The notes below the pieces were generated by a model that did not search any database, was not told the origin of the DNA, and saw nothing but the letters and a program-made list of their open reading frames with translations. Positions 49,542-62,747 of a stretch of DNA of 64,000 bases are shown piece after piece (position 1 is the stretch's first letter; the number at the start of each line of letters is the position of its first letter). Source of the stretch: Pedobacter sp. (lineage in GTDB: Bacteria; Desulfobacterota; Desulfuromonadia; Desulfuromonadales; Syntrophotaleaceae); NCBI GenBank assembly GCA_050253415.1, contig JBFWJC010000002.1, forward strand, positions 1-64,000, in the 5' to 3' direction. The translations under genes and the position numbers were made by a program.

Positions 49542-50036
49542 ATGACCCTTGCAATTCTCATTGCTATTTCCTTAATGTGGGTACCCGTAGCCCTGTTGTT
49601 TCTTGGTTTCGGTGAAGCAAAAGGAACCGGCGCCATTACTGCATTTGTCGGTGCCTGCGTTGTAGTCAGTGCTTTTGTCCTTGCTATCCAAGGGGACGCT
49701 TTTACCGCCGGTCTGCTGTTTGCCCATGGTCTGCTGTACTGTACCGTTGCTTATGCCCTGCTTGCCGGTCTGGAAAGCATGGCTTCGGTCGGTAACGTCA
49801 GCCTTACGGTTGCCATTGTCTCTTTTATCTACATGGTGCTGTTCTACACCGTTAAGGGCAGCGGTTACTTCGCATTTGCCTGCGCCGGGTACACGGTTCT
49901 TACCCTCGAGGTGTGGTTGAACGCTTACGGCAAGTTCTCCGCCAAACTGCTGGCCTTCTCCCTGCTCATCTGGGCCGCAGTCGGATTGTACTACCCTGCT
50001 TTCATGCTGTTGGCCGGCAAGGAATTGCCTTTCTAG
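49542..50036 (+). CDS. AmiS/UreI-family channel
   Basis: 164 aa, about 6 TM segments, GLLFAHGLLY motif; strong RBS AAGGAGGAG. Confidence 0.7.
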   Translation: MTLAILIAISLMWVPVALLFLGFGEAKGTGAITAFVGACVVVSAFVLAIQGDAFTAGLLFAHGLLYCTVAYALLAGLESMASVGNVSLTVAIVSFIYMVLFYTVKGSGYFAFACAGYTVLTLEVWLNAYGKFSAKLLAFSLLIWAAVGLYYPAFMLLAGKELPF

Positions 50037-50057
50037 CAGCTGCCAGAATTAAGAATG

Positions 50058-50097
50058 AAAAAAAACCGGGAGCGCAATCGCGCTCCCGGTTTTTTTA
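50058..50097. terminator. Bidirectional terminator
   Basis: A-run-CCGGGAGCG-CAAT-CGCGCTCCCGG-T-run. Confidence 0.85.
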
Positions 50098-50150
50098 TAA
50101 TTACCGAGTCTTGTGCTTTGGAGATAATCTCCGGCTACTCAGTCCGCTTA

Positions 50151-51140
50151 CTACAAACGAAGGATACTGGAACCCCATGTGAAACCAGCCCCGAAGGTAA
50201 CCAGGCCGATCAGGTTGCCTTCGCTGAGGCGACCTTCACGGCGGGCCTCGTCCAGGGCGATGGGGATGGAGGCAGCCGAGGTGTTGCCGTAGCGGTCGAC
50301 GTTGACATAGGTCTGCTCATCGGTCAATTTCAAGCGTTTGCCGAGGGCTTCGATAATACGCAAGTTGGCCTGGTGGGAAATAACCAGGTCCAGGTCTTCA
50401 ATGGCCACGCCGGAAAGTTTCAGGGCCTTTTTCATGGCTTTGCTCATACAGACCACCGCATGGCGAAAAACTTCGCGACCTTCCATGCGCATGGTATGAA
50501 GCTTTTGCTGAACATTTTCGACCGTAGGCGGATTGAGGGAGCCGCAGCCGAGATTGTAGAGCAGATTGCTATGGGTGCCATCGGCGCCGATATGGGTAGA
50601 CAGGATGCCGCGCTCTTGCTGCGAGGGTCCCACTACCACGGCTCCGGCGCCATCGCCGAACAGTACGCAGGTATTGCGGTCTTCCCAGTCGACCATGGAG
50701 GTGAGAATTTCTCCCCCGATCAGCAGTATATGCCGGTGCGTGCCGGAGCGAATCAGACTGTCGGCCAACTGCAGACCGTAGATAAAGCCGGAACAGGCAG
50801 CGCTGATATCGAAGGCTGCCGCATTACTCGCTCCGATAAGGGTCTGGACAAAGCAGGCCGTGGCGGGGAACTTCATGTCACCGGTGACCGTGGCCATAAT
50901 AATCAGGTCGATATCGGTGGCAGCAAGGTTGGCGTCTTCAAGTGCCTTTTTCGCCGCATCGGCGGCCAGACTTGAAAGGGCGGTTCCCGGTTCGACGATG
51001 TGGCGGGTGCGAATGCCGGAACGTTCAATAATCCAGGCATCGTTGGTGTCCACCATCTTTTCCAGATCTGCGTTGGTCAGGATCTTTTCGGGGATGGCGC
51101 GGCCGGTACCGAGGATCATGGCGCGCTTGCTGTTGTCCAT
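50151..51140 (-). CDS. fabH: Beta-ketoacyl-ACP synthase III
   Basis: AACSGF, FGDGAGA, HQANLRII, GNTSAASIP. Confidence 0.96.
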   Translation of the reverse strand: MDNSKRAMILGTGRAIPEKILTNADLEKMVDTNDAWIIERSGIRTRHIVEPGTALSSLAADAAKKALEDANLAATDIDLIIMATVTGDMKFPATACFVQTLIGASNAAAFDISAACSGFIYGLQLADSLIRSGTHRHILLIGGEILTSMVDWEDRNTCVLFGDGAGAVVVGPSQQERGILSTHIGADGTHSNLLYNLGCGSLNPPTVENVQQKLHTMRMEGREVFRHAVVCMSKAMKKALKLSGVAIEDLDLVISHQANLRIIEALGKRLKLTDEQTYVNVDRYGNTSAASIPIALDEARREGRLSEGNLIGLVTFGAGFTWGSSILRL

Positions 51141-51304
51141 ACGGGTCTCCTCCTGATCTAGTAGGAAATAAACGAGCACAAAATAGCATGTTTAGCGTGA
51201 GGTCTCAAGGTATTGCGCAACGCGCATCCGTTTATCGGCGTTTAAAACGTCAACGGAACCACCCTGCCTCGCCCATTCTTCTGCAAGTGAATGGCCAACT
51301 TCGA

Positions 51305-53722
51305 TTAAGGCGAACTTTTCCTTTGGTCGGATGTATTCCATTCCTGAAGGACGGTCGCATCTACCGAGCGCAGGTGCAGATCCCGTTGCGGGAAGGGAAT
51401 TTCGATCTCTTCTTCGCGAAAACGCCGGTCGATGTATAGCAACAGGTCGTTTTTGATGATCAGGCGTTCGGCCACAGACTTTGCCCAAACGCGCAGTTCA
51501 AAATCGAGGGAACTGGCACCAAAAGCTGTAAAAATAGCCGAAGGTGGGGGGGTGTCAAGGACGTCGGGGTGGGTTTGAGCCGCGCTGTACAGGATTTTCA
51601 GAACCTTTTCAACATCGCTGCCGTAAGCTACCCCAACCGGGACAACGATGCGGCACTGTTCATTGGAGAGAGTCCAGTTGGTGACTTTTTCGGATACCAG
51701 CAGCGAGTTGGGTACGATAACTTCCGATTGATCAAAGGTTTCAACGGTGGTGGAGCGCAGGCCAATTTTGCGCACCGTGCCCCATTCGTTGTCCAGAACC
51801 ACCAAGTCCCCGATTTTGATGGGGCGTTCAAACAGCAGAATAAGGCCACTGACAAAATTGTTGACGATATTTTGCAGTCCAAAGCCGATACCGATACCAA
51901 GCGCTCCGGCCAGTACCGCAAAATTTTTCAATTCGATGCCGGCCAGACTCAGGGCCATGACTACACCGAAGGCCAGAATGGCATAGTGAAGCAGTTTTTT
52001 AATGGAATCACGCACCCCCCTGTCCATCTGCCGGCGCGGGAAAACCTCCTCTTCCAACAGGCTGCGTAACAGCCAGGAAACGAGGATGGCCGTGTACAGG
52101 GCAGCGAGTGCGATCAAGAGCATGTTTGCGGAGACGGTTTTGTCGCCCAGCACTATTCCCGTGGATACGATGGTATGCCAGGCTTCGCCAACGCTGTCAA
52201 ACAGGCGCCAGATCACCATCAGGTGCAAAGCGGTATAGACCATGATGGCAATCGGGACAAGGTGCCAGATGCGGGTTTGTAGTTCCTGTCCATGCCGACG
52301 GAAAAAACGCTGTCTTTTAAACATTCTGAGTTTTGCCAGCGTCAGCAATGCTGCGTGCAGCAGGCGTAACGTCAACACTGCAAGCAGGCAGATGAAAACG
52401 GTCTTCAGTCCCGCAAAAATAAAATGCTCAGCCAGATTGCCATAACCTCCCACCTGCGCCATGGCGGAAACCCCGAGCAACCCCATCCCGAGTTTCAAAA
52501 GATTGCGGAACTGATGCTGTCGGTCTGGCCTGGCCTGCAGCGAGGAATTTTTTATACGCCACAGCACGCATATGCCGGCCAGACATATCCCTGTCAGATA
52601 GAGACTGTAGAGAGGTGCGGGGAGTGACAGGCTTTGCAGAATTCGCGACAGAATATAAACGTAGGCCAGCACGCGAATAACCAGTCGTTGCCGGGGACTA
52701 TCAAACAGTTCGACGCTAAGGGGCACCAGGGACAGGACCGCCCCGGTTGTGAGGATCAGAATCCAGCCTGAAGGCGCATGGCCGTAAAAAGGAGCCAGCA
52801 CGATGGTCGACAGAAACAAGCTTGCGGAGAAGGGATGGCGCAGGGCGAATAGCAGATCTTCCTCATCCGCCAAACGCTTACCTCGAGATCGCAACATGCC
52901 AACCAGAAAAACGACCAAAAACACATGCAAAGCGACCAGTCCACCGCGGTTTTTCCAGAATAGACTGTTGAGAAGATCCAGCTTGCCGAGTCCGGCAGGG
53001 ATGGAAGAAAACAGGGTGCTGTCGAATTGCCGATAGAATTCCGGATTGAAAACGGAAGGTTGATTACGCGCCAGGAGTTGTACGCGACTGACGGCCAGAA
53101 GCTGTTCAATCTGGCCGATTTGTTGGGTAATCCGCGTTTGCAGGGCCGTGACTTTCTGCTGCAGGGCCACAAGGGGAGGCGATAGCTCCTCGAGTTGTTG
53201 CAGGGATTGCTCAATGGTTTGTCGTGCCTGGATGAAAACTTCCGGAGGTGCAAGTGGGCTGGGGGTTGGGAATGATTTCTGCCATTGCTGCCAGAACTGT
53301 TTTTGGTCCTGCCATTTACCGCGCAAGGCCTCGATCTGTGCCAGTCGCAGGAAGAGTTCGTCCAGCAGTTGCGTGGTTTTATCCTTGTGACCCAAAAGCG
53401 TGGTTCTGGACTGCTGCAAATTGTCGAGGGGCCAATTCTGAATCGGACCCATGTTATTTTCACGTTCGGTCCATTGGTCCTGCCATTGTTGAAGGGAGGT
53501 CAGGGTCAGGTTAATAGCGTCGAGATTGGCAAGAGCGTTTAGCTGGTTATCCAAGGCGCTCTTTTCTTCTGTGAGTTTAGCCAATCGGGGATAAATCTCA
53601 GCCACGCCGGGTAAAGGTGCCGGTTCCGCGGATTCCGGGGTGGCGGCAGGCTGATCGGCATGGACCGTCACAGCCATGGACAACAGAAGTAAAACAACAC
53701 AGCAGGTCAGCAGACGTTTCAT
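51305..53722 (-). CDS. MscS/MscK-family mechanosensitive channel
   Basis: GIGFGLQNIVNNFVSG, VPNS, IPFPQRDLH; long periplasmic N-terminus. Confidence 0.93.
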   Translation of the reverse strand: MKRLLTCCVVLLLLSMAVTVHADQPAATPESAEPAPLPGVAEIYPRLAKLTEEKSALDNQLNALANLDAINLTLTSLQQWQDQWTERENNMGPIQNWPLDNLQQSRTTLLGHKDKTTQLLDELFLRLAQIEALRGKWQDQKQFWQQWQKSFPTPSPLAPPEVFIQARQTIEQSLQQLEELSPPLVALQQKVTALQTRITQQIGQIEQLLAVSRVQLLARNQPSVFNPEFYRQFDSTLFSSIPAGLGKLDLLNSLFWKNRGGLVALHVFLVVFLVGMLRSRGKRLADEEDLLFALRHPFSASLFLSTIVLAPFYGHAPSGWILILTTGAVLSLVPLSVELFDSPRQRLVIRVLAYVYILSRILQSLSLPAPLYSLYLTGICLAGICVLWRIKNSSLQARPDRQHQFRNLLKLGMGLLGVSAMAQVGGYGNLAEHFIFAGLKTVFICLLAVLTLRLLHAALLTLAKLRMFKRQRFFRRHGQELQTRIWHLVPIAIMVYTALHLMVIWRLFDSVGEAWHTIVSTGIVLGDKTVSANMLLIALAALYTAILVSWLLRSLLEEEVFPRRQMDRGVRDSIKKLLHYAILAFGVVMALSLAGIELKNFAVLAGALGIGIGFGLQNIVNNFVSGLILLFERPIKIGDLVVLDNEWGTVRKIGLRSTTVETFDQSEVIVPNSLLVSEKVTNWTLSNEQCRIVVPVGVAYGSDVEKVLKILYSAAQTHPDVLDTPPPSAIFTAFGASSLDFELRVWAKSVAERLIIKNDLLLYIDRRFREEEIEIPFPQRDLHLRSVDATVLQEWNTSDQRKSSP

Positions 53723-53868
53723 AAATCACCCATGGGGACAGGAATTTCTTATTTTTCGACAGGCGCAAGTCTACCATTTGCCCGCTGGTTTGCCACCTTT
53801 TTTAAACAACAACCAACACAACCGGTTGGGGTTCGGGGGACGATAGGGAAAAGTCTGGTAAAATTTGA

Positions 53869-55696
<1,828 letters not shown>

Positions 55697-55700
<4 letters not shown>

Positions 55701-56065
55701 CCGATGAAAAGGATAAGACGCCCCGCACCGGGCAACAGTCGCGCGATGAATTGCGGCGCCTGCTGGCGGCCAAGCAGGCACGCAAGCTGCGGGCCATGGA
55801 ACAGCGAGGGCGCAGCGCCTGGTTCGGTCTTGGCATGTTTGGCCTGGTCGGTTGGTCGGTGGCCATCCCGGCGGTGGCGCTTACGGCTCTCGGAGTGTGG
55901 ATCGATGCCCGCCACGCCGGCCCTTATTCCTGGACCCTGATGCTGTTGGTGATCGGAGTTGGTTTGGGCTGCGTCAATGCCTGGATCTGGATCAGTCGCG
56001 AACGCAGGGATATCGAAACCGAGCGTCGCGAACCGCCACAGGATGATGCGCATGACCACGACTGA
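55697..56065 (+). CDS. atpQ: N-ATPase AtpQ (AtpZ/gene 1 family)
   Basis: WFGLGMFGLVGWSVAIP...GCVNAW. Confidence 0.88.
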
Positions 56066-56357
56066 ACTCAGCCGACTGGCGATGTCCCTGGTGGCCGGAG
56101 GTCTGTTGGGTGCAGGTTATTTCGGCGGACTTTACCTGACCGTGAAACGTGTGGGACGAGTGTCGTCTCCGCAGTTGTTACTGGTCGCCAGCTTTTTGGT
56201 TCGGCTGCTGGTGGTGCTGGGGGCTTTTTACCTGCTATCTTCCTGGGGAGCTTTGGCCATGATGACCGGCATGGGGGGATTTTTAATCGCGCGGATGGCA
56301 TGGCTGCGGTCCCGGTATGGACGTGGGGGGGTAGGCTCAAGGTCCGGCACAAGATGA
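56052..56357 (+). CDS. atpR: N-ATPase AtpR
   Basis: LGAGYFGGLYLTV...SFLVRL; operon position. Confidence 0.85.
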   Translation: MTTTELSRLAMSLVAGGLLGAGYFGGLYLTVKRVGRVSSPQLLLVASFLVRLLVVLGAFYLLSSWGALAMMTGMGGFLIARMAWLRSRYGRGGVGSRSGTR

Positions 56358-56485
56358 AAGGAGCCAGTGATTAGTGATTGGTAACGGCCTGTCGCCTTTG
56401 CTTCCCCCTTTGATGCCGGTACAACCCCGCGGTCCTGGCTTTCCGGTACCGGTCATCGGGTTTTGAGTAATGAGGATTAATATTT

Positions 56486-57178
56486 ATGGAAATTACACCA
56501 GACATCTTCATCTTCTGGCAATGGCAGGGGCTCAAGGTTAATGCCACCATCGCCATAACCTGGTTCAACATGTTGATCCTGGTTATGGGGGCCTGGCTGG
56601 TGACGCGGCGCCTGCGCCGGGAAGGGCGTTTGTCACGCTGGCAGAACCTGCTTGAGGTGCTGGTCTCCGGCATGGAAGAGCAGATCAACGACATGGGGTT
56701 GGCGCCGCCACGGGAGTTTCTGCCGTTTCTAGGCAGCCTGTTTTTGTTCGTGTTGTTTTCCAACCTGCTGGCTGTGATTCCCGGTTATGTCGCGCCGACG
56801 GGATCGCTATCGACGACCACTGCCCTGGCCATCTGTGTGTTTATATCCGTGCCGCTGTGGGGCATTCAGCGACGCGGTCTTATCGGTTACTTGCGGATGT
56901 ACATCAAGCCTTCGGTTTTCATGTTGCCTTTCAACATTATGGGTGAGGTGTCCCGCACCCTTGCTCTGGCTGTGCGCCTGTTCGGCAACGTTATGAGCGG
57001 CAGCATGATAGCCGGCATCCTGTTGTCCATCGCTCCCCTGTTTTTCCCGGTGCTGATGCAGCTTCTGGGACTGATTACCGGAGTCATTCAGGCTTATATC
57101 TTTGCGGTGCTGGCGGCGGTTTATATTGCCGCCGGCGCACAGATGGAGCAGCAAAGGGAGCAACAGGTCCAAGGCTAG
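56486..57178 (+). CDS. atpB: N-ATPase subunit a
   Basis: SRTLALAVRLFGN, IQAYIFAVL. Confidence 0.95.
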   Translation: MEITPDIFIFWQWQGLKVNATIAITWFNMLILVMGAWLVTRRLRREGRLSRWQNLLEVLVSGMEEQINDMGLAPPREFLPFLGSLFLFVLFSNLLAVIPGYVAPTGSLSTTTALAICVFISVPLWGIQRRGLIGYLRMYIKPSVFMLPFNIMGEVSRTLALAVRLFGNVMSGSMIAGILLSIAPLFFPVLMQLLGLITGVIQAYIFAVLAAVYIAAGAQMEQQREQQVQG

Positions 57179-57231
57179 TAGCACTTGTAAGTTTACAATG
57201 ATGTTTTCAGGCTGATTGAAAGGAGTCCTGC

Positions 57232-57516
57232 ATGGAAAGTCTTACATGGGTTGCCGTGTCGTCCATCTTGTCGGCGGGCATCTGCATCGGAATCGGAGCT
57301 ATCGGCCCGGCTCTCGGCGAGGGGCGGGCGCTTGCCCAGGCCCTGGCGGCCCTGGCACAGCAGCCGGACGAAGCCAATACCATCACCCGCACCCTGTTTG
57401 TCGGGTTGGCGATGGTCGAATCCACGGCGATTTACTGTTTCGTGGTTTCCATGATCCTTATTTTTGCCAATCCCTTCTGGCGGTTCTTTCTGGCCCGAGT
57501 CGGTGAAGGAGGCTAA
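57232..57516 (+). CDS. atpE: N-ATPase subunit c
   Basis: GPALGEG, AQQPD, MVESTAIY. Confidence 0.95.
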   Translation: MESLTWVAVSSILSAGICIGIGAIGPALGEGRALAQALAALAQQPDEANTITRTLFVGLAMVESTAIYCFVVSMILIFANPFWRFFLARVGEGG

Positions 57517-57519
57517 TCG

Positions 57520-58299
57520 GTGCTTATCGACTGGTTCACTGTTGCGGCCCAAGCGGTCAATTTTTTGATTCTGGTGGCTTTGCTCAAGCGGTTTTTGTAT
57601 GGACCGATCCTGCGCGCCATGGATCGCCGTGAGGAACGCCTGGCTGTCTGTTTTGCCGAGGCCGAGAGCAAGTTGGTCGAAGCGGGGCAGCTCGAAGAGC
57701 AATACCGCGGTCTGTTGCAGGAGCTCGAGGAAGCGCGCGGCGTCAAGTTGCGTCAGGTGGAGGAGGATGTTGAGGAACAACGCCGTAAGCTGATCGCCGC
57801 CGCCAAGGAAGAAGCTTCCGAGGTCCGGCGGGCCTGGGCCACGGCCATTCGTGAGGAACGGGAATCCTTTTTCACCGAGCTTAAAAAACGCGTGGGTGGT
57901 GAAATGTTAAAAATCGCTCGCAAGTCGCTCGGGGATTTGGCCAATACCGAACTGGAGCAATTGATGGTTGCGCGTTTTAACGAGCGACTGGCGGAACTCC
58001 GCAGTGACGAGCGGGAACAGGTCGCTTTGGCGGCCTGCGATCGCGGGGTCCTGGTTCGAAGTCCTTTCGCCCTGCCCGAGTCGCTACGCCAGCGTCTGGC
58101 CGAAGGCGTACAACAGGCACTGGGGCAGCCGGTGGCGTTGCAGTACCAGGATCAGGCAGTGATGCCGCTCGGCATCGAATTGACCGTGGGAGGGCTTAAG
58201 TTGTCCTGGGGCGTCGACAGTTATTTTGAGCAGTTGGAGCAGGAGGTAGCAATCCTTTATGACGGTCAGGCCAGCATCTCGGCAGAGGGCCACCTATGA
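57520..58299 (+). CDS. atpF: N-ATPase subunit b (extended)
   Basis: [26 protein letters not shown]; delta-like C-terminal extension. Confidence 0.92.
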   Translation: MLIDWFTVAAQAVNFLILVALLKRFLYGPILRAMDRREERLAVCFAEAESKLVEAGQLEEQYRGLLQELEEARGVKLRQVEEDVEEQRRKLIAAAKEEASEVRRAWATAIREERESFFTELKKRVGGEMLKIARKSLGDLANTELEQLMVARFNERLAELRSDEREQVALAACDRGVLVRSPFALPESLRQRLAEGVQQALGQPVALQYQDQAVMPLGIELTVGGLKLSWGVDSYFEQLEQEVAILYDGQASISAEGHL

Positions 58300-59864
58300 A
58301 CGATCCCAGCCCCTCACTGACTTCGGTGCTAAAGAGCGCTTTTGATACTCTCGATCAGGCGGTGGAAGGATTCTCACCGGTACTGGCGGTGCAACATGTC
58401 GGCTGGGTGGAGTATGTCGGCAAGGGCATTGCGCGGGTAGGGGGGCTGCCGGGGGTACGCTGCGAGGAGTTGCTGGCCTTTCCGGGTAATTTGTTGGGAC
58501 TGGCGCTTGATGTCGCCGAAGAGCAGGTCGGGGTGGTGCTGCTGGGCGATTACGGTCATCTGCAGGCCGGGGACGAGGTACGGCGTACCGGGCGGGTGTT
58601 TGATGTGCCGGTAGGTGACGGCCTGATCGGGCGGGTGGTTGATCCTGTCGGGCGTAGTCTCGATGGCGGCAAGCCTGTGACCTTTCAGCGTCGACTTCCG
58701 GTGGAACGCCCTGCCCCGCCGATTATGGATCGTCTGCCGGTAACTCAGCCGCTGATGACCGGTATCAAGGTCATCGACGCTCTGATTCCCATAGGACGTG
58801 GACAGCGCGAATTGATCCTCGGCGATCGGCAGACCGGCAAGACGGCTATCGCTATCGATGCCATCATCAATCAGCACGATCAGGATGTGCTGTGCATTTA
58901 CTGCGCTATCGGGCAACGTGCCTCCAGTGTTGCCGGGGTGGTCTCCGAATTGCGCAACTGCGGCGCCCTCGACTACAGCATCGTGGTGGTGGCGGAGGGG
59001 GACGCGCCGCCGGGCCTGCAGTATATTGCCCCGTATGCCGCGACCAGCATGGCTGAGCATTTCATGGAACATGGTCGCGATGTGTTGATCGTTTATGACG
59101 ATTTGACTCACCACGCCCGTGCTTATCGCGAGATTTCCCTGCTATTGCGCCGGCCGCCGGGCCGCGAAGCTTTTCCCGGCGATATTTTCTACGTTCACTC
59201 GCGGCTTCTGGAGCGCGCCACGCACCTCTCTGAACCGCGAGGTGGCGGCAGTCTTACGGCTTTGCCTATTATTGAGACCGAGGCCCAGAACCTGTCGGCC
59301 TATATTCCGACCAACCTGATTTCCATTACCGACGGCCAGGTCTACCTGTCACCGGAGCTGTTCCAGAAAGGGTTGTTACCCCCCGTCGATGTCGGCAAAT
59401 CGGTCTCCCGTGTCGGAGGCAAAACCCAGTTGGCCGCCTACCGGGCGGTAGCCGGCGATTTGCGCCTGACCTATTCCCAGTTCGAGGAACTCGAAGCCTT
59501 CGCCCGCTTCGGTACCCGCCTGGATGAAGAAACCCGTCAGGTTCTGCACCGTGGTCGCCGGGTGCGCGCTATCCTTAAGCAGCCGCAGTTCCGGCCGCGT
59601 ACCGCGCCTCAGCAGGTATTGGTGTTGCATGCGCTGAACAACGGGGTTTTCGATAAGGTCGACGAAGCAGATCTTTTCGAGGTGGAGCAGGCGGTTTGCT
59701 CAGCGGTGCCTGAATTGCCTGAAATCGTAGAGAAAATTTTACGCGGAGAGGCTCTGTCGAGCGAAGATCTTATCGCCATGCTGGACGCCGCCACCCGCGC
59801 GGTGCGACCGTTTATCAAGGTCGGGGAGGACGAGGATGCCGGCGCTGCAGGAGTTGCAACATAA
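58296..59864 (+). CDS. atpA: N-ATPase alpha subunit
   Basis: [27 protein letters not shown]. Confidence 0.96.
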   Translation: MNDPSPSLTSVLKSAFDTLDQAVEGFSPVLAVQHVGWVEYVGKGIARVGGLPGVRCEELLAFPGNLLGLALDVAEEQVGVVLLGDYGHLQAGDEVRRTGRVFDVPVGDGLIGRVVDPVGRSLDGGKPVTFQRRLPVERPAPPIMDRLPVTQPLMTGIKVIDALIPIGRGQRELILGDRQTGKTAIAIDAIINQHDQDVLCIYCAIGQRASSVAGVVSELRNCGALDYSIVVVAEGDAPPGLQYIAPYAATSMAEHFMEHGRDVLIVYDDLTHHARAYREISLLLRRPPGREAFPGDIFYVHSRLLERATHLSEPRGGGSLTALPIIETEAQNLSAYIPTNLISITDGQVYLSPELFQKGLLPPVDVGKSVSRVGGKTQLAAYRAVAGDLRLTYSQFEELEAFARFGTRLDEETRQVLHRGRRVRAILKQPQFRPRTAPQQVLVLHALNNGVFDKVDEADLFEVEQAVCSAVPELPEIVEKILRGEALSSEDLIAMLDAATRAVRPFIKVGEDEDAGAAGVAT

Positions 59865-60732
59865 AATCAAAAGCGCCTCGGACCTGCACATGGTGGTGCG
59901 CACCATGAAGGCGTTGGCGGCGGTCAGCATCCGTCAATACGAGGATGCGGTGCGAGCCCTCGATGGCTATTATGACGCCGTTGAGCTGGGGCTGCGTGCG
60001 GTGTTGCGCGATCGCCCTCTCACCGGCCGCGCGCGACCTGCCGGGGATACCGTGGCGCTGATTCTCGGTTCGGATCAGGGCATGGCGGGGCGCTTCAACG
60101 ACGCCATGCTCGAATATGCGACGGGCTGGCTGCAGCGCGATGCCGATATCAAGGGTGCGCCAGAGTGTTGGGTTGCCGGGGAAAAAATCGCTGGCGGCGT
60201 GGAAGAACGTTTTGGCGATGTGCGGGAGCTTTTTGCCCTGCCGACCTCGGTACAGAGTATCACCGCCACCGTGCAGGAGGTGCTGGTGCGGTTTGAGCGC
60301 CGCCGAAGTCACAGCGAGTGCCGGCTGCTGTTATTTCACAACCGGCCACTGGCCGGGGCGGCCTATGAACAGCAGTGCGTATTGCTGCTGCCCCCCGATG
60401 AGCGTTGGTTACGACACATGGCCGGTCAAAAGTGGCCCGGCCGTTGCCTGCCCATGGTTGCAGCTCCTTGGGAGCAGTCTTTTCCCGCCTTGATCAGCGA
60501 ATACCTGTTCGTCACACTGTTTCGCGGTTTTGCCACCTCCCTTGCGGCGGAAAACGCCGCCCGGCTGGCGGCCATGCAACGTGCCGAAAAAAATATCGAG
60601 GAACTCCAGGCCGATCTGCAATCCCGCTACCACGCGCTGCGGCAGACGGTCATTACCGAGGAGCTGTTCGACATTATTTCAGGTTTCGAAGCCCTCGGCG
60701 GCAACGACGACCGGGCCGGGCGCTATAAGTAA
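59836..60732 (+). CDS. atpG: N-ATPase gamma subunit
   Basis: [27 protein letters not shown]. Confidence 0.94.
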   Translation: MPALQELQHKIKSASDLHMVVRTMKALAAVSIRQYEDAVRALDGYYDAVELGLRAVLRDRPLTGRARPAGDTVALILGSDQGMAGRFNDAMLEYATGWLQRDADIKGAPECWVAGEKIAGGVEERFGDVRELFALPTSVQSITATVQEVLVRFERRRSHSECRLLLFHNRPLAGAAYEQQCVLLLPPDERWLRHMAGQKWPGRCLPMVAAPWEQSFPALISEYLFVTLFRGFATSLAAENAARLAAMQRAEKNIEELQADLQSRYHALRQTVITEELFDIISGFEALGGNDDRAGRYK

Positions 60733-60743
60733 AGTCGGAGTGT

Positions 60744-61052
60744 TTATTTTATTCCAAGTTTCTCCATGAGTTCCTCCACTTCTTCCGCCCCTTCGTCGTA
60801 GAGTTCTTCCTCCTCCGGCGCCAGATGCTTGAGCAACCGCAAGAACTCACCGGCATGCACCCGTTCCTCATCGGCGATGTCCTTGAGTACCTCGATGGCC
60901 AGCTCATCGTCTGTCGATTCGGCCAGTTGCATGTAAAGCTGCACCGCTTCGTATTCGGCAGACACCATATATCGGATGGCGCGGATCAGCTCCTGCTTGG
61001 TCAATTTGCGATCGCAGGCATTACCGGCAAAGGGATTGGCGAATTCAGGCAT
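60744..61052 (-). CDS. Short ferritin-like protein (rubrerythrin/encapsulin-cargo type)
   Basis: AEYEAVQLY...DIADEERVHAGEF. Confidence 0.88.
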   Translation of the reverse strand: MPEFANPFAGNACDRKLTKQELIRAIRYMVSAEYEAVQLYMQLAESTDDELAIEVLKDIADEERVHAGEFLRLLKHLAPEEEELYDEGAEEVEELMEKLGIK

Positions 61053-61180
61053 GACGGTTTCCTTTCGATTGGGAATGGGCAGGATGGTGCCACGTGGATT
61101 CTTTCGACGCGGCTTTATTCTATGCTGGATATCCTATGGGAGAGGGTAGTCAAGGTAGTGGCAGTGGAAAAGGGTGTTTT

Positions 61181-61476
61181 CACCACGAAGAGCACGAAGG
61201 ACACGAAGAATGGATTAAGCGTACTGACAGAGCAAGAGACTGATCCTGCGATATGTTCTTACCCTTTAAACCTCTGACCTTGAATTTCCTCGTGCTCTTC
61301 GAGTCCTTATATATGTTATTCGTTGTCCTCTGCAATCTTGCTTTTACAGGGATGTGCAGGATGATCAGGATAACCCCCTAAACTCAGGGCCGATGGTTCT
61401 CATCCTGTCCATCCTGTATATCCCTGTTCGTGGTGGCGTTGTCGTTATCGAAACTTCTTAGTGTCCTTCGTGGTAA
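61181..61476. repeat. Nested REP-like palindromic elements
   Basis: CACCACGAAGAGCACGAAGGACACGAAG with complementary arms at ~61286 and ~61454; inner pair ACAGGGATGTGCAGGATGATCAGGAT / ATCCTGTCCATCCTGTATATCCCTGT at 61346-61427. Confidence 0.75.
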
Positions 61477-61558
61477 AAAAATTAATGCATCGGTTCATTA
61501 GGTTATAAGGGGTTCCCGGCAGGAGTGGTCAGGGGGTATCATAGGTCTGAGGCTTATT

Positions 61559-62725
61559 ATGACCAAACCATCGACCACTCAGCCACCGGATTGGCATTTC
61601 GAACAGGGGCCCATCCGGCCGCCGAGCGAGGCCCGCAGCCTTTTACTACGGGTCAGCCGCAACTGCCCATGGAACCGCTGTACCTTCTGTCCGGTTTACA
61701 AGGGGCGCAAGTTTTCAATGCGGTCCGTTGAGGAGGTATGCCGCGATATCGATGCGGTCGCCCGGCATCTTGACCTGCTGCGTCGGAACCTCCGCGACGT
61801 CGGTGTTGAAACACAGGGGTTGTTGCAGCTATTGCATGACCGGTTGCCGCCTGAAGAGCAGACTTCGTTTCGGGCTGCGGCGCATTGGCTGGTCGGGGGC
61901 TTGCAGTCGGTTTTCCTGCAGGATGCTGACGGACTGGTCGTTGGACCCAAACGGCTGAGTGTTATCCTTGCGCATCTGCAGGCAACTTTTCCGTGGACGT
62001 TTCGCATTACCGCCTACACCCGTTCGCAAACGGTCCTGCGGTTTAGCCAGGAGGAATTAATTGCTCTGCGGAAGTCGGGCCTGACGCGGTTGTATATCGG
62101 TCTGGAGTCCGGCTGCGACGCGGTGCTGGAAAAGGTTTGCAAAGGTGCGACCCGGGCGATGCACATCCAGGCCGGCCAGCGTGTCAAGCAAGCGGGGATC
62201 GAACTGTCGGAATATGTCATGCCCGGCCTGGGTGGCAGGGCGTTATCGGAGCGCCATGCTTGTGACTCCGCCACCGCGCTGAATGCTATCCGCCCCGATT
62301 TTATCCGCCTGCGCACCTTGGCCCTTCCGGAGGGCACGCCCCTGCATGCGGAGTGGCTCAGCGGTCGGTTCGAGCCCTGCACCAGTGTCGAAATTGCCGG
62401 GGAGCTTTTGCTTTTTCTGCAAACCCTGGATGGGATTGCTGGTGAACTGGCCAGCGATCACGTGCTGAATCTGTTTGAAGATCTGGCCGGAATCTTGCCC
62501 GGCGATCAACCACGGCTGGTGGCCATGGTGCAAGCGTTTCTCGATCTGACTGAGGAGCGGCGCTGCGTCTACCTGGTCGGCCGCCGAGGCGGTGTGTTGC
62601 GCGGCCTGCAGGATCTGAACGATCCCGATAAGGAAGCTGCCGCCCAGGCACTTTGTCTGCAACTTGGGGCCAATCCGGATAACGTCGAGGATATTTGCCG
62701 CAGGCTGATGCAGCGCTTTATCTGA
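61559..62725 (+). CDS. Radical SAM protein
   Basis: QGPIRPPSEA, CPWNRCTFC, FLQDAD, IGLESG. Confidence 0.9.
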   Translation: MTKPSTTQPPDWHFEQGPIRPPSEARSLLLRVSRNCPWNRCTFCPVYKGRKFSMRSVEEVCRDIDAVARHLDLLRRNLRDVGVETQGLLQLLHDRLPPEEQTSFRAAAHWLVGGLQSVFLQDADGLVVGPKRLSVILAHLQATFPWTFRITAYTRSQTVLRFSQEELIALRKSGLTRLYIGLESGCDAVLEKVCKGATRAMHIQAGQRVKQAGIELSEYVMPGLGGRALSERHACDSATALNAIRPDFIRLRTLALPEGTPLHAEWLSGRFEPCTSVEIAGELLLFLQTLDGIAGELASDHVLNLFEDLAGILPGDQPRLVAMVQAFLDLTEERRCVYLVGRRGGVLRGLQDLNDPDKEAAAQALCLQLGANPDNVEDICRRLMQRFI

Positions 62726-62747
62726 ATTGAAAGGAGATCGTTTCGCT

